Assembly (NCBI GenBank): GCA_963777955.1
Contig: CAVZSQ010000015.1
Location: forward strand, 224,001-288,000
Direction: 5' to 3'
Source: Calditrichia bacterium
Lineage (GTDB): Bacteria; Calditrichota; Calditrichia; JAJRVZ01
DNA length: 64,000 nucleotides
Positions 54,808 through 64,000 of this stretch are shown here, in pieces. Every line of letters begins with the position of its first letter. The stretch's first letter is position 1. The position numbers were made by a program, and so were the translations under genes. The notes under the pieces were generated by a model. That model ran no database searches, had not been told where the DNA came from, and was given only the letters and a program-made list of their open reading frames with translations.

Positions 54808-55500
54808 TCAAGATTTTTCATCGCTGGCATTTAGATCTTCACCTAAAAGGTCCTTTAATAAATCCGATTGTCTTTTGGCTGATGGACTGCTTATACTCTC
54901 TTCCGGGCCGGCCGCCGCAGGTCTGCTCTGTTCCACTTTCACTGTTACTTTTCCGCTTTCGGGACCTGCTTCAACCGGTTTAACGGAGCTCTGATCTTTC
55001 TGCGGGTTAAATACTTTTTTACTGCGGTCCCGCAATTTGCTCATATCCAGATCATCTACCTCTAAAACGTCCATCAACTCCAACTGGGAATTCAGTACAT
55101 GCCGTAAACGGGCAATCAGGGATTGTTTCTGCGTCCGCAAGGTGCTGATCTCCTCCTGCAGTGATTGCTTCTCCCGTTTGGCGCTTTCCAGCAGCTTGGC
55201 TGCGTTTAATTCAGATTCGCGCAGGATCAGCTCTGCTTCTTTTTTGGAATTTTCCCTGGATTTGGAGGAGGTTTCCTGAACATTCATTAATGTCTGTTTT
55301 AAGGTCTTTTCAACCTCTTTGTAATTTTTTAATTCTGTTGCCAGTTCAATTAATTTCCGATCCTGTTCCTTATTCGTACTTAGTATTTTTTCCAGTTCAC
55401 TCCCGATCATTTCCAGATACGATTGCACCTCAACCGGATCATAACCCCGCATCGATTTTTTAAATTCTTGCTTGCTGATATCTAAAGGGGTCAGTTTCAC
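54808..55500 (-). CDS. divIVA: DivIVA domain-containing protein
   Basis: LTPLDISKQEFKKSMRGYDPVEV followed by coiled coil; GTG 55500 with a GGAGG RBS. Confidence 0.88.
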   Translation of the reverse strand: MKLTPLDISKQEFKKSMRGYDPVEVQSYLEMIGSELEKILSTNKEQDRKLIELATELKNYKEVEKTLKQTLMNVQETSSKSRENSKKEAELILRESELNAAKLLESAKREKQSLQEEISTLRTQKQSLIARLRHVLNSQLELMDVLEVDDLDMSKLRDRSKKVFNPQKDQSSVKPVEAGPESGKVTVKVEQSRPAAAGPEESISSPSAKRQSDLLKDLLGEDLNASDEKS

Positions 55501-55622
55501 AATTCCTCCGCTTAAAAGGCAGGACTTGGTCAATCCTGCTGCCGTTATTTGGGGAAATCAACTAAATTGCTTAAATAAAAATTGCACTTTTTAGTGCATT
55601 TCTAATTGCATTACAGATACTT

Positions 55623-55651
55623 AATTTACTATATAATCCCTATAAAAGCAA
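55623..55651 (-). promoter_or_regulatory. Putative promoter of the divIVA-ileS operon (TTGCTT-17-TAAATT)
   Basis: -35 at 55646-55651, -10 at 55623-55628, 17-nt spacer. Confidence 0.5.
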
Positions 55652-55682
55652 TAAAGCCGGACGCCGCTATTCGGTCAATACA

Positions 55683-55717
55683 ACCACCTCCGAGGTTGTC
55701 CGAACCTCGGAGGTGGT
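55683..55717. repeat. Perfect 15-bp inverted repeat (terminator or REP-like)
   Basis: ACCACCTCCGAGGTT-GTCCG-AACCTCGGAGGTGGT, 10 nt after the DUF3467 stop. Confidence 0.75.
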
Positions 55718-55727
55718 CAACAAACCA

Positions 55728-56060
55728 TTATACTTTTTCCGGTTCACGGGAGGGTTGTTGAAAGCCGATATTTTTCTGTTTTTCTTCCAATCCCTGTAAT
55801 TTTATTTCACCGAACTGTTCTTCATACTTTCGGATATTTTCCTGCAAAGCTAATAAAAAAGATTTGGCATGCTGGGGCGCTTTGATGATCCGGCTGTATA
55901 CCTTTGCTTTCGCTTTTCCTGGCAGTACCCTGGCGAAATCAAAAATGAATTCTGCGGGGGAATGGGTAATCAAAACCAGGTTGGAATATATGCCTTCCGC
56001 TTCGGATTCACCTAATTCAATATTGATTTGCTGAGCAGGACCCTGGGCTAACTTATTCAT
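55728..56060 (-). CDS. DUF3467-family protein
   Basis: QINIEL..AEGIYSNLVLITHSPAEFIFDF..SRII..PQHAK..YEEQFGEI. Confidence 0.85.
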   Translation of the reverse strand: MNKLAQGPAQQINIELGESEAEGIYSNLVLITHSPAEFIFDFARVLPGKAKAKVYSRIIKAPQHAKSFLLALQENIRKYEEQFGEIKLQGLEEKQKNIGFQQPSREPEKV

Positions 56061-56175
56061 ACTTAAATCTCCGCCTTTATTGTTTAACATTTCTAAATTT
56101 AATAAATTGAAAACTAATTACTATAGATGAAATTAATAATCGTCATTTTGCAGATCAAATGCATATTGATCCGTT

Positions 56176-57994
56176 ATGATGAAGATACCTCAAGCCAAAA
56201 TCGATGAAATTCAGAGTTCGGCCAACCTGGTCAGTTATATTTCACGCTATGTTAACCTTAAACTATCCGGAAAAAACTTTAAAGGATTATGCCCTTTTCA
56301 CAAGGAGAAAACTCCTTCTTTTATCGTGAGTCCGGAAAAACAGATATACCATTGTTTCGGCTGCGGTAAGGGGGGTAATGTAATCGGATTTCTGATGGAG
56401 ATAGAAAAGATTTCCTATATTGAAGTCTATCAGGCGGGTAGCCGCAGATGCAGGAATTAAACTGGCTTATGATCAAAGCGATAAACAGCAGGACGCCGAA
56501 TCGGAATTTGAACCCTTATACTTTGCCAACCGCCTGGCCAAAGATTTCTTTATCCAGGGTCTGCAGCAAAAAAACAGCAAGCCGGCCAGAGACTACCTGC
56601 AGAAACGTAAATTAACTGATCAAACGATTAAAAAATATGAAATCGGTTATGCCTGTAATAAATGGGATGGTTTGGTTCTGGCTCCGGAAATGAAAGATGT
56701 AGCCAGGGAAATTCTGGATGAATTGGGCCTGATTCAGAACAAAGAGAATAACAGCGGCTATTTCGATAAATTCAGAAACCGCATAATGTTTCCTTTCCAT
56801 AACCTCTCCGGGCGCATCGTAGGATTTGGCGGACGCCGCCTGCTGGAAGCGGATCAGCCGAAATATCTCAATTCACCGGACTCCCGCATCTACAAAAAAG
56901 GCCAGATTCTGTACGGTCTGCAGCAAGCACTTACGGCCATCCGCGAAAATAAATTTGCCATCCTGGTTGAAGGATATTTCGACTTGCTGCGACTGGTCGA
57001 TTCCGGGATTTTAAATGTGGTGGCTTCCAGCGGAACCGCCTTGACTGAAAATCAGGGGCGTCTGCTCCGGCGCTATACCAACTCGGTAATTATTTCCTAC
57101 GACAGCGATGAAGCAGGTATAACAGCGGCCTTGCGTAATAGTCAAATCCTGGAGGCTTTTGATTTCAATACCTCAATTATTCAGATCCCGGCACCCTATG
57201 ATCCGGACACTTTTATCCTGGACAAAGGCAAGGCGGCCTATGTCGATTTATTGCGCAAGCGTGTTTCACCACTGGAATTGCAGTTACAGCGTTTTTACCA
57301 GCAATTACCCCGCCCGACCATGGATGAAAAAACTCAATTTATAAATACAGTTCTGGATAGTATCAGGAATATACGCGATGAAATCAAGATCGGCATGTAC
57401 CTGCATCAACTTGCCCAGAGTCTGGAGATTGCCGAGTCTTTCCTGATTTCCCGCTTTAGTCGTTTGCATCAGCATGGAACAACCACTGAACCTGCCGCCG
57501 GTAAGCCCGCAGCTGCCAGGCCGGCAGAACCAGCGTTGCGCGGCAGATGGCGTGCTGAAGAGGGTATTTTGTCGGTCCTGCTGTTGAACGACGCCCAGCA
57601 AACCCGGCAGATCTTCGATCAATTAAGTGTGACTGACTTTGAAAATGAATCGTTGCGCCGCTTATTCGAATTATTCTCTGAAAACTGGGATGAACTGGGA
57701 CGAATTTCCATTCATGATCTGACTGCTAAAATGAATGACCGGGAAAATAATCTGGTCACAGAACTGCTGCTGCATGAAACCAGCGATTTACCAAAATTTA
57801 CCGCCGATTGTATTTACCAGATCAAAAAATGGACCCTGGATCAGCGCTACAATGAACTCAAACGGTTGATGCACAGCGAAACGAGCGGAAGCCAGGATCC
57901 GGCCTTGCACTATATTAAAGAATTAAATGCCATTCGAAAAAAATTATCCGAAATAAACGAGGAACATAATAAGTACCTTAAAATTGATTTATAA
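56176..57994 (+). CDS. dnaG: DNA primase, split by one frameshift near 56426
   Basis: CPFH..TPSF..HCFGC zinc finger in the first ORF; FRNRIMFP, GFGGR, PKYLNSP, VEGYFD and YDSDEAG in the second. Deleting t56426 gives YIEAIRRVA. Confidence 0.96.
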
Positions 57995-58071
57995 CCGCTG
58001 CGGCTGTGGCGGAAATAGAATGTATGCATAAAGGGTTTAAAAAAATATAGTATTGATATGGATGGACTGCT

Positions 58072-59004
58072 ATGCGCATAAGCGGTTTTTCATTTGTCAG
58101 GAATGGTATTAAGCTGGGTTATCCGGTTAAGGAATCCATTTTATCCATCCTGCCGGTTTGTGATGAATTTATTATTTCTGTGGGCAAAAGCGAAGATGAC
58201 ACTGCCGCACAGATTGCTGCGATTGGCGATCCGAAGATAAAAATAGTCGAAACGGTCTGGGATCCGGCCATGTTTGTGCATGGCGCCATTAATGCCTACC
58301 AGACTAACATTGCTTTAAAGCAATGCAGCGGCGACTGGTGTTTTTATGTCCAGGCTGATGAAGTTGTCCATGAAAAATACCTGCCCAACATTAAGGCCAA
58401 ATGCCTGGAATATCTGCCCCTGACGGCAGTGGAGGGTTTGCTATTTGATTATATTCATTTCTGGGGTAGTTTTAATACATATCACCGGGCCCGCAACTGG
58501 TACCGGGCCGAGGTGAGGATTATCCGTAATCACCTGGGGATCGAATCTTTTCAATCAGCCCAGGGATTCCGCCGGCAGGGCCAGAAGATACATGTCGCCA
58601 GGGCCGAGGCCGCGATTTATCATTACGGCTGGGTTCGTCCTGCCGAAACAATGCGCAAGAAAAAAATTGCCCTTGATTCCCTGCATCATGATCCTGAATG
58701 GGTCAGAAAATATAATCCGCAGCCCGAACAACCATTCGATTACGGTACGTTGAAGCATCTGGCCAGATTTAAAGGCACGCATCCGGCTGTTATGGCAGAT
58801 TTTATTGCACGTACGGCGGCACTGGTCAAAATCAATCCCGGCAGTAAGGTCCGGCATGAACATGATAAACTAAGTGTGCGCCTGCTTTCCTGGATTGAAC
58901 GCAATCTGCTGCATCATCGGCTCGGCGAGTGGAAAAACTACATTTTGCTTGATGCGGCTGCTGCAAGACTGCGTCCTACAAAAGCAAAGGAGATTTTTAA
59001 GTGA
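58072..59004 (+). CDS. Glycosyltransferase, family 2-like
   Basis: ISGFSFVRNG..YP..ESI, SEDDT, GDWCFYVQADE and YHYGWVR. Confidence 0.82.
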   Translation: MRISGFSFVRNGIKLGYPVKESILSILPVCDEFIISVGKSEDDTAAQIAAIGDPKIKIVETVWDPAMFVHGAINAYQTNIALKQCSGDWCFYVQADEVVHEKYLPNIKAKCLEYLPLTAVEGLLFDYIHFWGSFNTYHRARNWYRAEVRIIRNHLGIESFQSAQGFRRQGQKIHVARAEAAIYHYGWVRPAETMRKKKIALDSLHHDPEWVRKYNPQPEQPFDYGTLKHLARFKGTHPAVMADFIARTAALVKINPGSKVRHEHDKLSVRLLSWIERNLLHHRLGEWKNYILLDAAAARLRPTKAKEIFK

Positions 59005-59369
59005 ATCCATCCGTAGATATCCTGGTAATCGATGACAACGAATTACAACTCAATTATATGGCTGAGTTGCTGCGCAGCCACGGTTACAAAACAGATACTC
59101 TGCAGCAGGGTGCCCGGGCGCTCGAGGTGATCGGTCAGCTTCGGCCCAAACTGATTATCCTGGATATCATGATGCCAGGGGTCGACGGATTTACTGTTTT
59201 AAAGCAAATACGGGATGAGCAGAATATTAAATCAATTCCGGTGATTATCTATACCGGTAAAGCTTACCAGGTCGATATGAAGAAAGCCCTGGCGCTAGGC
59301 GCTAATTCCTTTCTGGCCAAACCGGTTAAAGGTGCAGTAATAATTGAAGAAGTGAAAAAATATCTCTGA
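59001..59369 (+). CDS. Single-domain response regulator (REC)
   Basis: ILVIDD, phosphoacceptor LIILDIMMP, IIYTG and LAKP. Confidence 0.9.
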   Translation: MNPSVDILVIDDNELQLNYMAELLRSHGYKTDTLQQGARALEVIGQLRPKLIILDIMMPGVDGFTVLKQIRDEQNIKSIPVIIYTGKAYQVDMKKALALGANSFLAKPVKGAVIIEEVKKYL

Positions 59370-59376
59370 GGTACCA

Positions 59377-60267
59377 ATGGCTTATTTAAAATTTTGGGGA
59401 GTGCGCGGTTCTATCCCTACTCCCGGACCTTCCACACTTCGCTATGGCGGTAATACGCCCTGCCTCGAACTTGCTTATGCTCAGGATAAATTCTTCATTC
59501 TGGATGCCGGCTCGGGTATCCGTGCATTTGGACAACACCTGCTGCAGTTAAAAAAACCTATTCATGCGCATATCTTTATCAGCCACATGCACTGGGACCA
59601 TATTCAGGGTTTCCCCTTTTTTGTACCGGCGTTCATTCCCGGCAATAGTTTTGTTTTTCATGGTGCAGCGGAAGCCGATGTGAAGCTGGAAAAAATTCTG
59701 GCTGAGCAGATGAATCCCATCAATTTTCCCGTGCAGTTCAATGAATTGCGCTCCCGGTTTGAGTACCAGGAATTGTATGAAGGTTCATATGAGTTCGACG
59801 GTGTCAAGGTCGATACCATTTATCTGAACCATCCCGGTTATGCCCTTGGTTATAAATTTCAGGTCCAGCATAAGTCAGTAGTGTATGTAAGCGATAATGA
59901 GCCCTATCCTTTCTATCCGGCCAGCGCTGCTGCCAGTGATAGTCCCAGCGAAGTTCAGTTTATTGAAGACGGGAACCAGCGGATCATAAATTTCTGTAAA
60001 CAGGCGGATATACTGATTCACGATGCCCAGTATACCCCCGAAGAATATAAATCCAAGTATCAATGGGGTCATTCCCCGTACGATTACACGGTGCGGATTG
60101 CTTTGCAGGCGGGGGTCAAGATCCTGGTCTTATTTCATCACGATCCGACGCACAATGATGAATTCATTGATGGTCTGGTAGAGGCGGCAAAAAAGATTTC
60201 CTGGCAGGCCGGCAGTACAATGAAAATAATAGGTGCGGTGGAGGGCATGTCCCTGGCCCTGGATTAA
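59377..60267 (+). CDS. MBL-fold metallo-hydrolase (phosphodiesterase/RNase Z-like subgroup)
   Basis: WGVRGSIP, YGGNTPC, DAGSG, SHMHWDHIQG, HDAQY, WGHS and LFHHDP. Confidence 0.88.
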   Translation: MAYLKFWGVRGSIPTPGPSTLRYGGNTPCLELAYAQDKFFILDAGSGIRAFGQHLLQLKKPIHAHIFISHMHWDHIQGFPFFVPAFIPGNSFVFHGAAEADVKLEKILAEQMNPINFPVQFNELRSRFEYQELYEGSYEFDGVKVDTIYLNHPGYALGYKFQVQHKSVVYVSDNEPYPFYPASAAASDSPSEVQFIEDGNQRIINFCKQADILIHDAQYTPEEYKSKYQWGHSPYDYTVRIALQAGVKILVLFHHDPTHNDEFIDGLVEAAKKISWQAGSTMKIIGAVEGMSLALD

Positions 60268-63005
60268 TGCGCTTCCAGCCAATTAGCACCAAACCCTGCA
60301 TCCGCCTTTAAAGGTACATCCAGTTTAAAGGCATGTTCCATTTTATCTTTAACCATGATCTTCATTGTATCGATCTCTGCCTGTGGCACTTCAAAAACCA
60401 ATTCGTCATGTACCTGTAAGATCATCCGGCTCGCTAAATTCCGGGCGATCAGCGCGGCCCGGATATCGATCATCGCTTTTTTAATCAGGTCGGCGGCGCT
60501 GCCCTGAATCGGAGTATTGATTGATGTTCTTTCGGCGAATTCGCGTAACTGCCTGTTGCTGCTCCTGATTTGCGGCATATAACGGATGCGTCCCAAAATG
60601 GTCGTGACATACCCCCGCTCGCTGGCCATGGCGATGGTGTGCTGCATGAATTCCTGAATACTGGGATAGGTGGCGAAATAGTTAATTATAAATTTTTCGG
60701 CTTCATCGATCGGGATATCGAGACGGTTGGCCAGTCCATATTTACTCATACCATAAATGATACCAAAATTAATTTCCTTGGCTTTACGGCGATGGTCGGC
60801 ATTGACTTCAGTGATCGGAATATCGAAGATCTGAGATGCGGTAGCGGCATGAATATCCAGGTCGGCCAGGAAACTTTTTTTCATATTTTTATCCCCGGAC
60901 AGATGGGCAACAATGCGCAATTCGATCTGGGAATAATCGGCACTCATGATTACAGCACCGGCAGTCGATGGTACAAAGGCTTTGCGTATCTCGCGTCCGA
61001 TTTCGGTCCGTATCGGAATATTCTGCAAATTGGGATTTACACTGGACAGGCGTCCGGTTGAAGCCACCGCCTGATTGTAGGAAGTATGAACCCGTCCTGT
61101 TTTCTGGTGTACCAGGTCGGGCAAGGCATCCACATAAGTTGTTTTTAATTTATATAACTTGCGGTATTCCAGGATAGTTTTAGGTAAGGCGTGTTTCTGA
61201 TAGCGTTCCAATACCTGTTCGGATGTGGCATATTGCCCTGTTTTAGTGCGTTGCGGCCGCCGCATTCCTAATAATTTGTGAATTTCCAGTTTGTCAAAAA
61301 GCAGGATCCCCAGTTGCTGCGGGGAATTGATATTAAATTCTCCCCCGGCCTGCTGGTAGATCGACTTTTGCAAATCGGTCAATTCCTGCTCTAATTTTTT
61401 AGAGATCTTCGACAGCAAGGTAAGCTCTAATTTTACTCCCTGCTCTTCCATGTCGATTAAAACCGGCACCAGTGGCATTTCAACCGTATAAAATAATTTT
61501 TCCAGTTCCAGTTCTTTTAATTTGGGTACAAATATATTTTTCAATTTCAAAGTGATGTCGGCATCCTCGCAGGAGTATTCAAAAACCGAATCGGAAGACA
61601 ACTCGGTCATTTTTTTCTGGTTTTTGCCCGAGCCGATTAGTTCTTCAATACTTATCATCTTATAATCCAGATACTCGCGGGCCAGGTTATCCAGGCTATG
61701 CTGGCTGCTGGCGGAATTGATCAAAAAGGAGGCCAGCATCGTATCGAAATACAGGTTCGAAATCATAATACCGTGCTGATGCAAAACCATGGTATCAAAT
61801 TTGATATTCTGTCCGATTTTTCTGATTTTGGGATTGGTGAAGAAGGGGCGTATTTTGTCCAAGACCTCTTTTTCGTTCAGGCGGCCGTCCGGGTGATTCA
61901 ATACAATATAGAACGCTTCGTCTTCTTTGAAACTGACGGCAATGCCGGCCAGACTGGCGACAAAGGTATCCAGCGAATCGGTTTCGACATCGAAAACAAA
62001 CTCATCTGCTTTTTTCCAGCGGGCGATCAGTTTTTCCAGGTCCTGTTCATTATTGATTTTCTGGTAGTCTACTTTAGCGCTGCTTTTTGCCAGGACCGGT
62101 CGGATATCGTCGCCGGCAAGTAACTGATGGGCCTGGGCCGCCCGGGTCAGCAGCCGGGTGAATTCCATATCTTTCAGCAGGATCTCAACCTGATGCTGAT
62201 CCCATTTCTTTAAAGTAAGATTTTCCAAATTAATATCGAGGTCAACTTTATCGTCCAGGGTGACCAGCTGCCGGGAAAGAAAGGCTATTTCCTTATTTGT
62301 TTCAATTTTATCCTGTAAAGACTTTTTTTCGATAGTTGCGCTCTGCCGGTAGATATTTTCCAGGGATTGAAATTTTTCAATCAGCATCCCGGCAGTTTTT
62401 TCGCCGATACCGGGTATGCCCGGAACATTGTCTGATTTATCCCCCATTAAAGCCAACCAGTCGCGAATTTGTTCAGGCAATACGCCATATTTCTCTTTGA
62501 CACCTCTGTCGTCCAGGATCTGTAACGGTTCCTGCGTTGATTTGGCCGGTACGTAAATATTGACGTCGGCTGTAACGAGTTGAGCCAGATCCTTATCGCC
62601 TGATACGATCAATACCTGGATTTCTTTCGACCCGAAACGTCTGGCCAGGGTGGCAATCAGATCATCGGCTTCGAAACCGGATTTTTCCAGAACTGGCAGT
62701 TGTAAAGTTTGCAGCGCGGAAATCAGCCGCGGGAATGAATTTATCATTTCTTCCGGCATGCGTTCGCGGGTCGCTTTGTAATCCGGATAGACCTTGTGGC
62801 GGAAAGTCGGCTCCGGAGTATCAAATATGATCGCCATATAGCGGGGGACTTCGTCTTCGATTATTTTAAAAATTGTGTTGAGGAATCCGTACGTGGCGCT
62901 GGTGTTTTCCCCCTTGGAATTGATCAGGGGATTACGGATAAAAGCAAAATAACTGCGATAGAAAATTGCCGAACCGTCGATTAAAAATAATTTTTCTCTG
63001 GACAT
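60264..63005 (-). CDS. polA: DNA polymerase I
   Basis: 5' nuclease domain (LIDG, EADD, GDKSDNVPG), intact 3'-5' exonuclease motifs (FDVET, NIKFD, YSCEDAD) and polymerase motifs DYSQIELR and QVHDEL. Confidence 0.97.
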   Translation of the reverse strand: MSREKLFLIDGSAIFYRSYFAFIRNPLINSKGENTSATYGFLNTIFKIIEDEVPRYMAIIFDTPEPTFRHKVYPDYKATRERMPEEMINSFPRLISALQTLQLPVLEKSGFEADDLIATLARRFGSKEIQVLIVSGDKDLAQLVTADVNIYVPAKSTQEPLQILDDRGVKEKYGVLPEQIRDWLALMGDKSDNVPGIPGIGEKTAGMLIEKFQSLENIYRQSATIEKKSLQDKIETNKEIAFLSRQLVTLDDKVDLDINLENLTLKKWDQHQVEILLKDMEFTRLLTRAAQAHQLLAGDDIRPVLAKSSAKVDYQKINNEQDLEKLIARWKKADEFVFDVETDSLDTFVASLAGIAVSFKEDEAFYIVLNHPDGRLNEKEVLDKIRPFFTNPKIRKIGQNIKFDTMVLHQHGIMISNLYFDTMLASFLINSASSQHSLDNLAREYLDYKMISIEELIGSGKNQKKMTELSSDSVFEYSCEDADITLKLKNIFVPKLKELELEKLFYTVEMPLVPVLIDMEEQGVKLELTLLSKISKKLEQELTDLQKSIYQQAGGEFNINSPQQLGILLFDKLEIHKLLGMRRPQRTKTGQYATSEQVLERYQKHALPKTILEYRKLYKLKTTYVDALPDLVHQKTGRVHTSYNQAVASTGRLSSVNPNLQNIPIRTEIGREIRKAFVPSTAGAVIMSADYSQIELRIVAHLSGDKNMKKSFLADLDIHAATASQIFDIPITEVNADHRRKAKEINFGIIYGMSKYGLANRLDIPIDEAEKFIINYFATYPSIQEFMQHTIAMASERGYVTTILGRIRYMPQIRSSNRQLREFAERTSINTPIQGSAADLIKKAMIDIRAALIARNLASRMILQVHDELVFEVPQAEIDTMKIMVKDKMEHAFKLDVPLKADAGFGANWLEAH

Positions 63006-63021
63006 ATCAGTTTATGTTAGA

Positions 63022-64000
63022 TCAGGGCAGGTCAATAACGGTCACTCCGCTATCCCCTTCCCCGTATTTGCCTAAATGAAAAGATCTGATTCTGGAATTT
63101 TTTTTCAGATAAGCGTGTATGGTCTGTCGTAACACACCGCTGCCTTTGCCATGAATGATGCGCAGTACCTTCCAGTCTGAGTGCAGGGCCTGGTCAAGAT
63201 ATTTTTGCAGTTCGCTCAAGGCCTCAGCGGCATTCAAACCGCGTAAATCGATCTCGTTCATTACCGTTACCGCTACAGTTGTTTGCTGCCCCGTATTGCT
63301 TTGATTCATTTCAGCAGAATTTTCCGGCTCCAGATCGTTCAGCGGGACGACAATTTTAATTCCCTTCGATTCCAGTTCCACCTCTTCCCGCTCAGCAGAA
63401 ATTTTTTGTATCTGCCCGGTAAAAGAAAAGCGTTTGCTGCGCACGGTCTGGCCGGAAACCAGATCGGAAATTTTTATTTCATGGGACGACGGGGCAACTG
63501 CCTTCTGTTCCAGCTCATCCTTTAATACTTTAATTGTCTTTTTACCTTTTTTAATAATTTCCGGAGCACCGTGGGATTCTCGTATCTCACGGATAACGGC
63601 TTCAACCGTTTTATTGACATTTTCAATAATTTCCTGCGCCGCTTGCACTGCTTCATGCTCATAAGTCTTGCGTTTTGTTTTCAACTCCTCAGCCCGGCTG
63701 CGATACAGAGACTGCAGACCTTCCAGTTCAGATTCACGAATGGACAGCTGGATTAATTTTTTGTCGTACATTTGTTTGCGATCGGCCAGATCGGCCAGCA
63801 TTTCTTCCAGGTCATGATGCGAACTGCCCAAAATCTGACGGGCGCGGTCCAGTACCTGGTCATCCAGGCCCAGCCGCTTGGAAATATCGAAAGCATAACT
63901 GCTGCCCGGAATACCCACTTCCAGCATAAACATTGGTTTTAAACTCTGCCGGTCAAATTGCATGGCGGCATTAACCACCTGCTCTGTATCATGTGCAAAT
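63022..64000 (-). CDS. mutS2: MutS2, C-terminal part (starts beyond the window end)
   Basis: GIPGSSYAFDISKRLGL, coiled coil, KOW-like region and Smr domain (IDLRG, IIHGKGSGVLR, GEGDSGVT). Confidence 0.92.
   Translation of the reverse strand, partial: FAHDTEQVVNAAMQFDRQSLKPMFMLEVGIPGSSYAFDISKRLGLDDQVLDRARQILGSSHHDLEEMLADLADRKQMYDKKLIQLSIRESELEGLQSLYRSRAEELKTKRKTYEHEAVQAAQEIIENVNKTVEAVIREIRESHGAPEIIKKGKKTIKVLKDELEQKAVAPSSHEIKISDLVSGQTVRSKRFSFTGQIQKISAEREEVELESKGIKIVVPLNDLEPENSAEMNQSNTGQQTTVAVTVMNEIDLRGLNAAEALSELQKYLDQALHSDWKVLRIIHGKGSGVLRQTIHAYLKKNSRIRSFHLGKYGEGDSGVTVIDLP

Noticed and set aside
59377..60267. Metallo-beta-lactamase resistance gene
   Set aside because: No signal peptide, and the HxHxDH plus WGHS/HHDP motifs fit the phosphodiesterase/RNase Z-like branch.

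Overview
A 64-kb core-genome window from a diderm bacterium. The lpxC-fabZ fusion, GWxTD protein, bS22-like peptide and type-2 IleRS suggest an FCB-associated lineage such as Calditrichota/KSB1; this is an inference, not a database result. Recognisable genes: secD (partial), ligA, smc, nadK, xseAB, mltD, split hldE, ggt, rodZ-like, recJ, RNase P RNA, tRNA-Ile2(CAU), an envelope operon (tamB-like, bamA, skp, lpxD, lpxC/fabZ, lpxA, lipoyl ligase, dxr, rseP), divIVA-punA-ileS-dksA-like-lspA-rluD, dnaG, polA and mutS2 (partial). I found no transposase, prophage or CRISPR array. About 13-14 small frameshifts break otherwise intact and often essential genes. They are most likely assembly errors, and six of them lie in or next to an AGCT site. 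Most interesting: (1) an operon upstream of smc with two apparent pseudoenzymes (a PdxJ fold lacking catalytic residues and a membrane-anchored GH2 fold lacking its nucleophile) plus two paralogous lipoproteins; (2) a second Omp85 module (peptidase-propeller-Omp85, BamB-like lipoprotein, PEGA protein) divergent from a B-box/NodB deacetylase; (3) a 31-aa bS22-like gene missed by the ORF track; (4) a probable CTG start for rluD; (5) a GIHH-motif IleRS; (6) branched insertions in RNase P RNA; (7) a recurring TTGnnn-17-TAAATT promoter.
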